This document shows, piece by piece, positions 40,502 to 54,175 of a stretch of DNA of 64,000 bases (position 1 is the stretch's first letter; each line of letters begins with the position of its first letter). The position numbers and the translations under genes are program-made. Where the stretch lies: the NCBI GenBank assembly GCA_964016885.1, contig OZ024744.1, forward strand, positions 112,530,001-112,594,000, written 5' to 3'. Origin of the DNA: Eledone cirrhosa. Its lineage: Eukaryota. Under the pieces are notes generated by a model. That model made no database searches, was not told the origin of the DNA, and saw only the letters and a list, made by a program, of their open reading frames with translations.

Positions 40502-40613
40502 ACAGTTTCCGAAGATCTGATCGAGTTAACATCGTATTTAAAATTGAGTGGCACTGCTTCTAGTGTTCAGCAATTTTTAGACAACTTTATCAGTGAAACG
40601 ATTCTTAGACTGT
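40502..40613 (+). ncRNA. Mirror-copy hammerhead, CCGAAGA core, stem III mutated
   Basis: acagttt-CCGAAGA-tctgat...atcagt-GAAA-cgattc-TT-agactgt-AAATAAA. Confidence 0.65.
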
Positions 40614-40676
40614 AAATAAATCCCCTTTTTTGTACTGTTGACCATGTTATTCTCCACTTTTTCAATTTTACATATG

Positions 40677-40875
<199 letters not shown>

Positions 40876-41099
40876 CATATGTATATATATATATGTATAT
40901 ATATATATATACATATGTATGTATATAAATATGTATATATATATATACATATTTATATGTATATATACATATACATATGTATATATGTGTATATATATAC
41001 ATATACATATGTATATATGTGTATATATATATATATACATATGTATGTATATATATATATATATACAAATGTATATATATATATATACATTTATATACA

Positions 41100-41151
<52 letters not shown>

Positions 41152-41157
41152 CATATG

Positions 41158-41209
<52 letters not shown>

Positions 41210-41242
41210 TATATACATATGTATATATATATATATGTATAT

Positions 41243-41965
41243 ATTGTTATACTTGGGGAGGGTCATATTTGTGTAATATTGCCAGAATTAATAACAGAAC
41301 ACACTCACTGTTTGGTTGGTTTTCGCTTTTCGCTTCTGTGTCTTTTATATCGGTAATCTAATTTATTCGGTCCTCAATTTTGCCATTGACTGACCAACGG
41401 TCAAAAATACAGATACAATATAGACACAAACACATATATATAATCTATCAAAGTTCTTTCGTTGCACATCTGCAACATCGTCAGTGGTGCTATTGTTTCC
41501 TCCCGTTGCATTGTATTTTCTACACCATCTTTATTTAGTCTGTTTATATATTTATTTATTTGGTTATTTTATTTTGTCTTCTTTGCACATGCGTTTGCGT
41601 GTGGGTATAGTGTTTTGTTTGATGTGTGTTCGTGATTGGGTGACTGTGTATTGGTTAATGTATTCTATCTTTACTAGTGTGTGTTTATATGTGTTTGTTG
41701 TTATTGTGTTTGTGTATGTATTTATTTATCTATTTATCTATTTATTTATTTATACTTCTCTTAGGTCAGTGTTGTTTGTTTGGGTGTTGTTGTTATTCCA
41801 TTCATTCTTTCTGTTTAGCCTTGGCCTGCTAAGTTCTATTTCACTGGCCTCTCTGATTTGCCTATCTGCTGGGTCATTTCTATGTTTAGATATTATTCTA
41901 ATTTCTATGTTGTCTATGTTACCGTCGTGTTGTTGTCTGGCATGTTCGTATAGTACTGTACGATA
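41243..41965 (-). mobile_element. Penelope-like 3' fragment (GIY-YIG C-terminus + pseudo-LTR)
   Basis: [10 protein letters not shown]...[22 protein letters not shown]; terminus homologous to 31597. Confidence 0.8.
41447..41488 (-). ncRNA. Minimal type I hammerhead
   Basis: acca-CTGACGA-t-gttgca gatg tgcaac-GAAA-gaac-TT-tgat. Confidence 0.75.
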
Positions 41966-41985
41966 CATATGTATATATATATATG

Positions 41986-42016
<31 letters not shown>

Positions 42017-42046
42017 GTACATATGTATATATATATATATATATAC

Positions 42047-42137
<91 letters not shown>

Positions 42138-42250
42138 TATATATACATATGTATATATATATACATATGTATATATATATACATATACATATGTATATAT
42201 ATATATATATATAAATATATATATACATATGTATATATATATACATATAC

Positions 42251-42299
<49 letters not shown>

Positions 42300-42306
42300 C
42301 ATATAC

Positions 42307-42345
<39 letters not shown>

Positions 42346-42346
42346 C

Positions 42347-42418
<72 letters not shown>

Positions 42419-42469
42419 GTATATATATATATATATATACATATGTATATATATATATATATATACATA

Positions 42470-42542
<73 letters not shown>

Positions 42543-42738
42543 ATATGTACATATATATATAACATATGTATCCTATTTGCAACCACGCAGCACGCCATAT
42601 TTTCATTTTTATATATATATACATATATATTTATATACATATATATATATATATATATACATATATACATATATATATATATACATATATATTTATATAC
42701 ATATATATATATTCATATGTATATAATATATATACATA

Positions 42739-42801
<63 letters not shown>

Positions 42802-42840
42802 GTATATATATACATATGTATATATATATATACATATAAG

Positions 42841-42951
42841 TTGAAAAAAATGAAAACGAAATTTCATTTCTCACTCTTAGTATGGCACTTACTTAAATGT
42901 AAGTATGTATGTATACGTACATACATATATGTATACAGACGTACAGTAGCA

Positions 42952-43032
<81 letters not shown>

Positions 43033-43497
43033 GCATACAGGTACACATACATATATGCACGCATCAGTTTAGCCGGCGTTTATTATAACGCCGGCCGCTT
43101 TGTTCGTTTGTTTGTCAACAAAGCGAACAGCCTGAATTTATGCCATACGGTGTTAAGGCAACCACGTCACCTTTTTTTCGGTATGCCTGACCGATTTAAC
43201 TCACTCAATATGCAAATTAGGCTGCTCAGCCGTTAATTTTCATAAGGAAAGTATATACTTTCGAACGTTCAACTATCTGGCAGATGGGTAAACGGTGCTG
43301 ATGATAGCTAACAAGCTTGAAACTAGTACATCGTTCCTGTGTCAGTGTTGAACAAAAAGGTGACGTGGTTGCCTTAACACCGTATGGCATAAATTCAGGC
43401 TGTTCGCTTTGTTGACAAACAAACGAACAAAGCGGCCGGCGTTATAATAAACGCCGGCTAAACTGATGCGTGCATATATGTATGTGTACCTGTATGC

Positions 43498-43576
<79 letters not shown>

Positions 43577-43633
43577 TGCTACTGTACGTCTGTATACATA
43601 TATGTATGTACGTATACATACATACTTACATTT
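42841..43633. mobile_element. Retrozyme-like family A: plus-strand unit preceded by an inverted partial copy
   Basis: ~42893-43176 is the inverse of 43354-43633; homologous to 54093-54700. Confidence 0.8.
43277..43345 (+). ncRNA. Family-A type I hammerhead
   Basis: cggtg-CTGATGA-tagct aaca agctt-GAAA-ctag-TA-catcg with extended stem I. Confidence 0.88.
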
Positions 43634-43922
43634 ATATACATATATATATATACATATGTGTATATATATACATATGTATATATACATACATATGTATATA
43701 TACATATGTATATATATATATATGTATACATATAGATAGATAAATATACACGGGTGTGTATGATTGTGTATAGAAGATTATATTAATAAAAGGAATTCCA
43801 ACTTTGTCTGACTCGTTTTATTTACAATCCTTTAACATTTATAATGGTATTAGTATGAAATAGTATGGTAGAACATTAAATGTTAAGTGTCAATTGAATA
43901 TATATATGTATATATACATACG

Positions 43923-44016
<94 letters not shown>

Positions 44017-44026
44017 TATACATATG

Positions 44027-44080
<54 letters not shown>

Positions 44081-44109
44081 TGTGTGTGTGTGTGTGTGCG
44101 CGCGTGTGC

Positions 44110-44175
<66 letters not shown>

Positions 44176-44340
44176 CGTGTGTGTGACGTGTGTGTGACGA
44201 GTGCGTGTGTGTAAGCAAAGAGATATTTAATTTGTTGGTTATTCAACAAATTTATTTATAAAGAATTCGAAGCACTCTACAGAGTTTCTGGAGTATAATA
44301 TCAATGATATTAATAAATGGAAACTTTATTTCATTAAACA

Positions 44341-44404
44341 AGGAAGGTATACAGTGCTGACGACAGCTAATAAGCGAGAAACTAGTTCATCGTTCCTTTG
44401 TTAG
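44341..44404 (+). ncRNA. Family-A hammerhead (diverged)
   Basis: cagtg-CTGACGA-cagctaataagcga-GAAA-ctag-TT-catcg. Confidence 0.7.
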
Positions 44405-44770
44405 TGTTGAACAAATGTCAACGATGGTTGCCGAACAGTATACGGCTAATAATTCGGGCTCCTTATTTACAAACAAAGCAAGCATTATAACAAATGTTCG
44501 GGAAACCCATACGTACATATATATACATATATATATGTCTGCATGTATGTATGTATATACATACTACTGTACGTCTGTGTATATATATCTATGTACGTAT
44601 ACATACTTATATTTAAGTATCAGTCTGACTAAGAGTGAGAAATGAAATTTCATTTTTTTTCATTTATCGTTTTCGGTACGCCCGGCCGACTAACTCACTC
44701 GATATGCAAATTAGGCTGCTCAGCCATTAATATGCATGAGGAAAGTATATACTTTCAAACGTTCAATCAA

Positions 44771-44839
44771 CTGACGGGAAGGTATACGATGCTGATGACA
44801 GTTAATAAGCTAGAAACTAGTTCATCGTTCCTTTGTCAG
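44771..44839 (+). ncRNA. Family-A hammerhead
   Basis: cgatg-CTGATGA-cagttaataagcta-GAAA-ctag-TT-catcg. Confidence 0.8.
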
Positions 44840-45008
44840 TGTTGAACAAAATGGCATCGATGGTTGCCTTATACGGTACGGTTAATAATGTGGGCTGTTT
44901 GTTTACAAACAAACCGAGCATTATAATAATTGTTCGCTAAACCCATACGTACATATATATATATACATATGTTATATATATATATACATATGTTATATAT
45001 ATATATAC

Positions 45009-45052
<44 letters not shown>

Positions 45053-45189
45053 TAAAATAACAGATTAAAGTTTAAGCAAAGAATATACCTTCCTGCCAGA
45101 TTGTTGAAAGTATATACTTACCTTATGCATATTAACGGCTGAGCAGCCCAATTTGCATATCGAGTTAATCGGTCGGGGTACCGAAAAGA

Positions 45190-45818
45190 AAGTTTTGGCA
45201 CTGTTTAATGAAGCATTTAATACTGTTGAGGCATTCTTTGAAACAGATTATGGGTGTTTGTGGCGGCCTATACTAATGTCAGGTCATTGGCTTTATTGTG
45301 CACAGTGACTGATTCACAGTATCCATTAGAGAATGTTGTGTTGCCATCTGCCGTAAAGGAATCATGCAGGAAAATGGCAGTTCCACCCTTCCTTCTGCCA
45401 ACACGATCCGCACGGATGGTTGTGAAATTTCTCACTCTTACTTCGGCCTCCAAGTGGGAGTTGTCAAGGTGGGTCTCAGTAAGAATGAAGAAGGGGATGT
45501 GAAATGGATGGTTACCAACCCAATCCTCAATGAATTGGATCTTCCATTTCAGTGCATTGATGGATGGGCTGATACCTTGTGTATTGAGTAAAAATGTGGA
45601 GGCTAGTGTGGTGGCTGGTTTTGACTGTTGCAGGGGGCTTGTTTTGTAATTGTATGTTAGTGACAGCAGGGATGGTGTTGGGTGATGGCTAAAATGTTTT
45701 TCTCTATCTCTTTTGCCAGGTTCATGGCTAAAAAGGAAAGGGTTTTTTTTTTGTTCAGGGAGCAGTTTTTTTATTGGATTTGTGGTTGCAACATTGGATA
45801 GGGTTGCAGTTCCCTCTT

Positions 45819-45852
<34 letters not shown>

Positions 45853-47200
45853 AATTGTGTCTTTGTGAAAAGACTGAAAAGACTGGAGCAGCGTTATTTT
45901 TGTTGTTGTTGTGATCGTGTCTTTGTGACAAGACTGGAGCAGCATTACTTTTGTTGTTTTTGTTGTTGTAATCATGTCTTTGTGAGGAGACTGGAGCAAC
46001 ATTACCGCAGCAGGGGGTGGCTTTATTGTGGTTTGTGGGTTGGCATGAAGCCCCTTTTCTGTTCGTGCGTTGTGTCCCAGGAAGATGAGTGAAGGGACAG
46101 TCAGTCAGCAGACATAGCCTCTCATGTTGGGAATGTTGGCAGATTTTGGGACTGCGACCTATACTTGGAGGTAGGGTGCTTCTGGTGATGGCTGGCAGTG
46201 TTAGTGCGCCTAGTACCCGGTAAATGGGTAAATATACAGTCACTACGTGTGCATAGCCTCTGACGTAGTGAGTAGCGGCATATTTGGGGGTTTCTAGTAT
46301 GTGTAGTGGGAGGTGCATACAGCTCAATAAAACTTTTTTTTATAGTTCTTTTGACTATGGCATGGCTGTGGTGGTGATGTGGGGGAAGAAAGCATTGGTG
46401 GTGATGATGATGATGACAACTGTGGTGGGAGAGAGAGCAGTGGTCCATTACTAGCAGTTGGTGTGGCAGAAGATGTAGATGTGGCAGGAGATGGTGACGG
46501 TGGTGATGGTGATGGCGATAATGATGGTTGAGTGAGTGGCTGAGGGATACTGTGTTCAGCGATTATGCTTGAATTCAGTAGTGGTTGTTCCTGGCTTTCT
46601 GGCTGTTGCTTTTGTTGTTGTGGCTGTTGTTGTTGTTGTGGCTGTTGTTGTTGTTGTTGTGGCTGTTGTTGTTGTGGCTGTTGTTGTGGCTGTTGTTGTT
46701 GTTGTGGCTGTTGCTTTTGTTGTTGTGGCTGTTGTTGTTGTTGTGGCTGTTGTTGTTGTTGTTGTGGCTGTTGTTGTTGTGGCTGTTGTTGTGGCTGTTG
46801 TTGTTGTTGTGGCTGTTGCTTTTGTTGTTGTGGCTGTTGTTGTTGTGTTTGTCCATTAGAGTAAATATGTCGAAGTTTTACAAAATGGTTTTGAATTAGT
46901 TTGAAAGAGACTTCGACATGTTTTAGTTTGTTGTGTATCTGCTTAGCAGATCTCGTGGTAAATGTTGGGGCTGTTTTTTCAGCAATTTCATTCAGACATG
47001 ACGCGTTAATGTTTGATGTTTGTGACAGAGAAAACCATGTGTTTATTAAGAGGTCAATTTCATTTTCAGGCCGATTTCGTCCGTTGTGGGCTTGCTGGTC
47101 AGTAGTCATTTTTTTTTTAAATTTTATCCTTGTGTGCGTTTTAAGATATTTGTTATTTGATACGTGAGCGAGACTGCGGTTTTTTGAAGAAATTAAAGAA
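45190..47200 (-). mobile_element. 5' part of a CR1/L2-like LINE: ORF1 (polyQ, CCCH fingers) and start of APE endonuclease
   Basis: ICRYSLRQRLCTRSDCIFTH and ICQHSQHERLCLLTDCPFTH; FLLNTQGI, ILTETHL, RADRVGRRKGGTAIF; clade call tentative. Confidence 0.7.
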
Positions 47201-47204
47201 TCGC

Positions 47205-47224
<20 letters not shown>

Positions 47225-47244
<20 letters not shown>

Positions 47245-47755
47245 TCTCTCTTATGGATGTGAGTTTGGTTATTTGAGGATGTTAATACTTTTTGGTTGTT
47301 TAGTTGTTTGAAGATATTCAAGGAAAAACGAGTGTATATAATATTATTTGAAAAAACGGGTGTATATAATATTATTTGAAGAAATTAAAGAATCGTGTAT
47401 ATATATATTCTCTTATGGATGTGAGTTTGGTTGTTTGAGGATGTTAATACTTTTTGGTTATTTGGTTGTTTGAAGATATCCTAGGAAAAACGAGTGTATA
47501 TAATAGTTTGTAGTTAAGAAGACTTACTTGCGAGTTTGTAGGGAAAGCACGTGTATTTGTATATACTTTTTTTTCCTTATGTGAGTGAGCCTTTGGTTAT
47601 TTGAAGATATTAAGGTATCGTATATATATAGATGTGTATTCTCTTTTATGGATGTGAGATTTGGTTATTTGGTTGTTAAAAGTTTTTGGTTATTTGGTTG
47701 TTTGAAGATATTAAGAGAAAAACGAGTGTATATAATAATCTGTAGTTAAGAAAAC
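47225..47755. repeat. Degenerate ~180-230-bp tandem repeats upstream of the LINE
   Basis: tctcttatggatgtgag...aaaaacgagtgtatataat recurs at ~47228, 47409 and 47640. Confidence 0.7.
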
Positions 47756-48163
47756 GTATATATATCGCATTGCAACCACCATAATACACTAACATATTCG
47801 CTTAAAGTGCTTATATTGCTTGTATTTCATATAATACCTTGCCATACAGTACTCATATATGCATGATACATTTGCTTGTTCCATTTCTTTATATATGACT
47901 AACGCATGTACTATCTCTTTAATTTAATTATTAGACTATTCTCTTGTATTATTTGTCGCATGTATTCCACCCTATGCTTTTAATTTTAATTTTAAATTTA
48001 ATTTCGATTTTAATCTTAATTTGAATTATTGTACAGTTATAGTATAATATAATATATGTTGCATCCATTCCACACTGTAAACATGAAACTGTTATCAATA
48101 TATATGTATCTGTATGATTCTTCAGTTGAATAGGAGGTTAATTGTGTGTACAAACATTAATAA

Positions 48164-48210
48164 TGCTCCGAAGAATCCAAGCCTAGGTTTGGAAGAAACA
48201 ATTGTCAGCG
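48164..48210 (+). ncRNA. Type I hammerhead, CCGAAGA core
   Basis: tgct-CCGAAGA-atccaa gcctaggt ttggaa-GAAA-caattg-TC-agcg, then ATTAAA. Confidence 0.8.
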
Positions 48211-48259
48211 ATTAAATGTTTTAAACATAACTTTGATTCTTGTGTATTCAATATATATA

Positions 48260-51200
48260 TATTAATTCAAAATATTAACAAAAATAGACATTCGTGTGAT
48301 CAAGTATATTTTATTATACATATTTCAGAGGTACTAAGCTATCTTCAACAGTACGTCCTCATCAGATAAAATAAGATGATACATGACATACCCTGACTTA
48401 GTAGATGGTTAAGATTCAGTCATGGTAGTGAATAAGATATGACAAAACTCAATATTTATATACCTTAAGAATGGGGCATGAAAAAATTACATATAATACA
48501 GAGGTTGCGTGTGGGAAAGCTTAAAAATACATAATAGCAATTTACATAACTGTTAGAGATTCAAATAATTTAAATTATTGAAGAAAGAAGAAAGAAAAAG
48601 AAACAGATGAGGAAAAAGATAGTTACTAGAAGTATAGAAAGCAAAAGAGAATTTATCAAGGATAGAGAAACAAGGAGGAATAATCCTTATAGTATAAAGC
48701 ATAGGGAGGGAGATTTGTATTGTCGTGGATAAATAGCGTGTGATTGGGATGATGCAAAAAAAATATATATATTTAAATACATAAATATACATTTGGGCAT
48801 AGCTTTGTGAAAGAGTAAATTCGAATCTTTGAATTGTCTAGAAATAATCAATCAATCTAAATATTAAATATATCTGGGTGTAATTATAAGGGTTTAATTT
48901 CGAGTCCTTAGTTAATTAGAAATATACTAACAATTAACTATATACATTATATATATCCAAAGGTATCCGGATGACCATTAAATTTCGAATCATTTATGTT
49001 AGTTCAGAATAATGAATTAATCTAAAGGTATAATATTTCAGGCTATAAAAATTTATAAGTATTTATATTAAAGTATACTATCATATTTAATATATAAAAT
49101 CATATTTAAAGTATTTGAAAACATGAGAAAGAAGAGACTTAATATTTTCATCCTCTCGAAGGTAATCCATATTAAATTATATTAAAAAAAATTTATATTA
49201 AAATAATAATCATTATATAATTTAGAAAGTAATTACAGTTATAACTTTAACATTTTTAAATTAACAATTAGAATGCCCTAAAGTATCTAAAGGCCTTATA
49301 ATTATACTTAAAAAGGATATATTTTAAACTAGATATACGCATTTGTCTAAATTTATACAAAGAGTATATTGTCTAAAGTTCAAGACGATATTAGTCAGTT
49401 ATACATAACATAAAATAATATAATAAATAAGTTACTGTTAATATTGTTAAAATTAAGGTTTTAGATCAATTATTATATTAGGATCATGTAATACATATAT
49501 ACTATAAATATACAAATCAAACTTCATGAGTCATAAAGGATAAGAACCAGATTCAAAATAAATAAGTAAATGGTTTGCGATCCTATAAGTGCCAAATATC
49601 TAAGCTATATAATTTAAAAATACAAGAAAATGTTTAAGGATCTATATTGTAGTATAATATCATATTTAAAGTGTCTCCAAACATGAGAAAGAGAAAACTT
49701 AGATTTTCATCGACCCGAAGGTAACCCGAATTTAATTATATTAAAAAATAATAATCGTTATATAATTTAGAAAATATTTAACAATTATAACACTAGAATG
49801 TCCTTAAGTATTTAAGGCACTTATAAATGTAGCTAGAAGCATGTTATTAAACTAGCTATAGACATTTGTCTAAATATATACAGAGTATTCTGTTCGGAAC
49901 TCAAGACGATATTAATGATCCATATACATAAGATAAATAAATAATAAATACAATCATTGTTAGTAAAGTTATAATTGAAGTTTTACATCAAGTTAAGTGG
50001 AAAAAGTTTGCCGACTAGGACCGTGTGCGACGCATATACCATAAATATATACAAATATATAAATCAAATATCCTGAATCTTAAAACCAACATACTCCAAA
50101 TGAATAAATACATAAATACATGAATGGTTTACGGTTTCTTGCAACTCTCAACCATATAAGCTATATATTTTAAAAAATACAAGAATCAGGATCAAATTAA
50201 ATGTATCTTCACAATCAAATGATATGCATATTCATCAAGAGATCATGTTAACAGTCTATATGTTTATATATTTATATAGAACCCTTAATCTAACATTACA
50301 CATATCGTAAATGAAAAAAAATTATTATAAGGTTTTATAATCTGTTATAACATTTTACGCACTCAGTTGATAAGAAACGTCAAAAATTAGAACCTATTTA
50401 TTCAGTGTTTTTTCCTGACTTTTTGGGAGGCTTGGAATGTAGAGGAAGCTTTATGAAGGCAATTTGAGAATAATTCACTTATTTTGTTAATTAAATTTTC
50501 ATAATTAGTAATTATTAATAGGGTCTCCATAGTTCAAAGATTGCAGTTAGGTGATATTGAATAATTCAAGTAGATTTGACTATTACACAGCTTCGACCAA
50601 GAAATCGAGTATTTTAAATTTTTGTCTTTTAACGACCATATAAGTTGTGATAAAGAAATCGAAGATTTCCTATTAGGATTCGAAAAAGAACATTTGTGAT
50701 TCGAAAATCTTAATTTAAATGTCGATGAAGTTGCACCAATATAGTTGTATGTGATGTTATTTGCTTTTACGTTGCATTTATCGACCAGATTGCTATCCAG
50801 ACAATTATTTTGCAGAGGGCAATTTGATCTATTTCTACAATAACATTTCGATTTATTGTTATTACTATAAGTTGGACAATTGACATTAACATTGCTAGTA
50901 CTTTGGAGTGTTCTATTGATTGTGCTTAGATTAATGTTATTGTTATTCCTAGTATTAATATTGCTAGTGTTATTATATTCATTATCGCTAATTGTTTGTT
51001 GATTATGATTTAGAATTCTACTATTTATTTTTGCGATGTTCTGGGCCATATTCATAGTTGTAGAATAAGAAAGCTTAATTGTGTGTCTGTTAAATATGGA
51101 ACGGTATTTGTGTTGAATGGGGAAGCATTTATCTAAAGCTTTAAAGAATAGATTTGCGAGTGGTGTTTTTATTGCTACAGAAGCTGGTGGAGGGGGGGGG

Positions 51201-53500
51201 GCATATAACTGATTTAGTTCTGATATTTTTCACGGATTTAGGGTGATTAGAATAATAGCTAACGTAATTTAAGTTTTCATTGGGCTTATGGAAAGGGTAA
51301 TAAAAACCTGAGTTTAAGTTAAGGATAACGTCAAGGAAATTAACTATTTTGGTACTACTTTCAACTTTTAATTTAAGGTCGTAATTTTTAAAGAATTCAA
51401 TTATAGTTTTCTTAACCCTATTTAGTTCTGTGTTGCTGTGCTTGACAACCGTAAATAAAATATCGTCCCTATATAAACCACCGGTAATCTCCGGCAGTTT
51501 TATATTTACCATATTTAAGATAAAAATCCCCAGAAGATCGATGATCCCATGGTAATGTCAAAGTTTCTATTCCTATCTGAACGGGTCCAATACTCATTGT
51601 TGAAATTAATTAGAGTTCTTCTATCCGTTAATATGATATTGATTTCATCCGTAGTTAGATCTGTATGTTTGTAAGCATAAGATAAAGCCTTATTTAATAG
51701 GTTAGGTGTAATAGAAGAATAATAGCTTGCTATATCCATTTGGATGAATTTGTGATTTTTCTTATTATCTATATTTTTAAACCAGTCAATTACTTCATTA
51801 GTGTCCTTCCATAAGCTCAATTTAGACTTCAATGTCATAGTAGGTAGAATTCTATCAATAATATTCTTACTGATTACTCCAATATCAGATTTAAATGGAG
51901 CTATCAGTCTAACTGGCAGGTCTTCCTCAAAGTTTCTCTTGTGATCCTTAAAATTTATCCTCCGCTGTCTAGGTATAAAAGGCTCGGTTCTTCCTTCAAT
52001 TCCAAGTTTGGCTATTAATTTAAATGCATCATTATTGATGTCTATAAGATCTTCGGCCGGGGCTTTTCTATAATTTTTCCGCAGTTCTTTTAAAATTAAA
52101 TCATTATATTCAGCTTTAACTATTCCATATAAATTGTTGGTTTTGTCAGACTTCACTAATATTTTATTAACTTTTTTTATATCCAAGATTTTTTCCTTTA
52201 GAGTTCTAAGGTATTGGTGACCTTTATATCGGTTTTTGTTGAATTTAATCTTCTTTAGTATATTAAGCATTTCTGTTTCAAAATCCTCCAGGAGTTTGTT
52301 GTATGGAGGATTTTTTCGAGATTTAAAGATGGTTTCGAAATAATTGTTGTTGCTTTTCCTTTTACCTTCTTTGTTTTCGAAATGAAATGCACACCATCTC
52401 ACTCTTCTTATAAAAGAGTTTGTTTTCTCTATAAGTTTCCTCATGTATTCTTCATTAGATGGTATAGGTATATCCTTGAGAGATGTCGGGAATGTGAAGA
52501 ATTCCATTATTTATTAAATTTGTAATCTATTGTAGAGAAAAGTGCTCAACCTGCTGGGAGCTAGATATATTTAAAGGTTAAACAAGGTTCAATGAATAAA
52601 TCAAAGAATGAGTTTTACAATAGATTGGAAGCACTCCACAGCAATGGTTTTCCGGAGTTCTATATTTCTTAGTGGCATCTTTGCTTTAATTTCTCGTTTA
52701 TCCAGTATTTCTTTCTTCTTTTTCCTTTTTTTGGGTGGGTGGGTGGGTGGGGGGGTCTGTATTAATTTTCCGTTCTTTACTTTTACTTCTTACGATCTTT
52801 CATATAGCTTGTATAAGACTTTTTGTTCCGTGGCGGTACCCTTAGAGTTAGCACTAGTATTTTTTTGCGGGACCCTGAATTATATTCTCGTACTAGTTTA
52901 CTTTCTTGCACTGGGTGGTTACTGGCCCTGTGATTGGGGTAGAAACCTTTATTATTTCGTGGTGGTCTCTTTAGTATTTTGGCCCCCACTTCGTTGACCC
53001 GTCACCGTACGATACACGCACTTATACCTCGTATAAGGGTCCCTTTATTTCCGTCCCACCTAGTTTATTTTTATTATTATTATTATTTATTTTTTTATTC
53101 TTCATTATATATATATATATATTTTATTTTTATTTATTTATCTATTCTTTTATTCACTTATTTGTTTATTTATTTATTTATGTATTTCTTTTGCCTAGCA
53201 ATAGCGAGAGACTTAAGTCTTAGTAACCAGACTTTGCTTATTTTATTTTTTTCTCTCCCAGCACCTTTTATAGTTTTACCTTTCATTGTTCTACTTACCG
53301 TTTCGACTTCCTCCCCCTCCCCCTCCCCAGTATCTTCTTTGACCTCACGCCCAGCTGTAGCTGGCACTACCAACGCATGAATGGGTCTACTCCACCCCTC
53401 TCCCTTTTTCTCCTACCGGCAGGTTTAGCTACCCCTTCCCCCACCAATTTGCCATCACAGATTTACTACTAACTTGTGATGTGACCAATCCTGGTCATTA
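48260..53500 (-). mobile_element. Near full-length Penelope-like element (RT + GIY-YIG) with long AT-rich 3' region
   Basis: SLKDIP, KSDKTNN, FKDHK, MDIASYYSSI, TMGS, GLYRDD, CPLQNNCL...YIGAT; boundaries approximate. Confidence 0.85.
48309..48371 (-). ncRNA. Type I hammerhead
   Basis: ttttat-CTGATGA-ggacgtact...agtacctct-GAAA-tatgta-TA-ataaaa; related to 30990-31056. Confidence 0.85.
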
Positions 53501-53523
53501 TCTCTTCGACCATATATGGAATT

Positions 53524-53617
53524 ACCCCTTGATAAGCTCGGCTATTTAAATACCAGAATAAATTTTTATTCAGTACAGAATTAGCCGTCGAAACGGCTTG
53601 AGCTCAGCCGTCGGGGT
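53524..53617 (+). ncRNA. Type I hammerhead, TTGATAA core, long stems II and III
   Basis: acccc-TTGATAA-gctcggcta...tagccgtc-GAAA-cggct tgagctc agccg-TC-ggggt. Confidence 0.85.
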
Positions 53618-53627
53618 CTTACTTGTT

Positions 53628-53674
<47 letters not shown>

Positions 53675-53850
53675 CTACGTAGGTTTGACATGCTACTCGC
53701 TTTCTTGCCCTATAGTCTATATTTGTAACTGCACACTTTTAGCTTTAGCATGCTTTTCCTTGATATCTTTCCTAAACTTTCATAAATATAAATTCCCTAT
53801 TCTTCTGGGTTTTGGTTTGTTCTAGCCGTTAATGCTTCTTGTATCTTTTC

Positions 53851-53895
53851 TTGCCCTGATGAGTCCTTATTAATGGGACGAAACATTGTTGGCTA
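53851..53895 (+). ncRNA. Minimal type I hammerhead, canonical core
   Basis: gcc-CTGATGA-gtcct tattaat gggac-GAAA-cattg-TT-ggc-TAATAAA. Confidence 0.88.
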
Positions 53896-54041
53896 ATAAA
53901 GACTTTTCATGTATTGAAGGCTTCTTTGATTATTTTTTATAATTTTTCGGCTCTGTTGTATTACATTGAGCTATATCTTATACTGTCATTTCTATAATAC
54001 GACGAGTGTGTTTAACTCCAACGCATTCTAGTATTTCAATT

Positions 54042-54094
<53 letters not shown>

Positions 54095-54106
54095 ACGTTC
54101 AATCAT

Positions 54107-54175
54107 CTGGCAGGAAGGTATACGTTGCTGACGATAGCTAATAAGCTTGAAACTAGTACAGCGTTCCTTTGTCAG
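54107..54175 (+). ncRNA. Family-A hammerhead
   Basis: ctggcaggaaggtata-cgttg-CTGACGA-tagct aata agctt-GAAA-ctag-TA-cagcg-ttcctttgtcag. Confidence 0.9.

Larger units (their letters stand above)
38505..40670 (-). mobile_element. Penelope-like 3' fragment with ~0.55-kb inverted pseudo-LTR
   Basis: Minus-strand YIGSTAGEF (~40045-40070) and KTTTLANKIWQLKDANIEY (~39940-40000); 38670-39265 is the inverse of 40130-40668. Confidence 0.8.
44330..44960 (+). mobile_element. Retrozyme-like family A tandem (435-nt core-to-core spacing)
   Basis: Two HHRs in direct repeat, non-coding. Confidence 0.8.

Noticed and set aside
46324-47109. Host polyglutamine gene
   Set aside because: Colinear with LINE zinc-finger and APE remnants; better explained as ORF1
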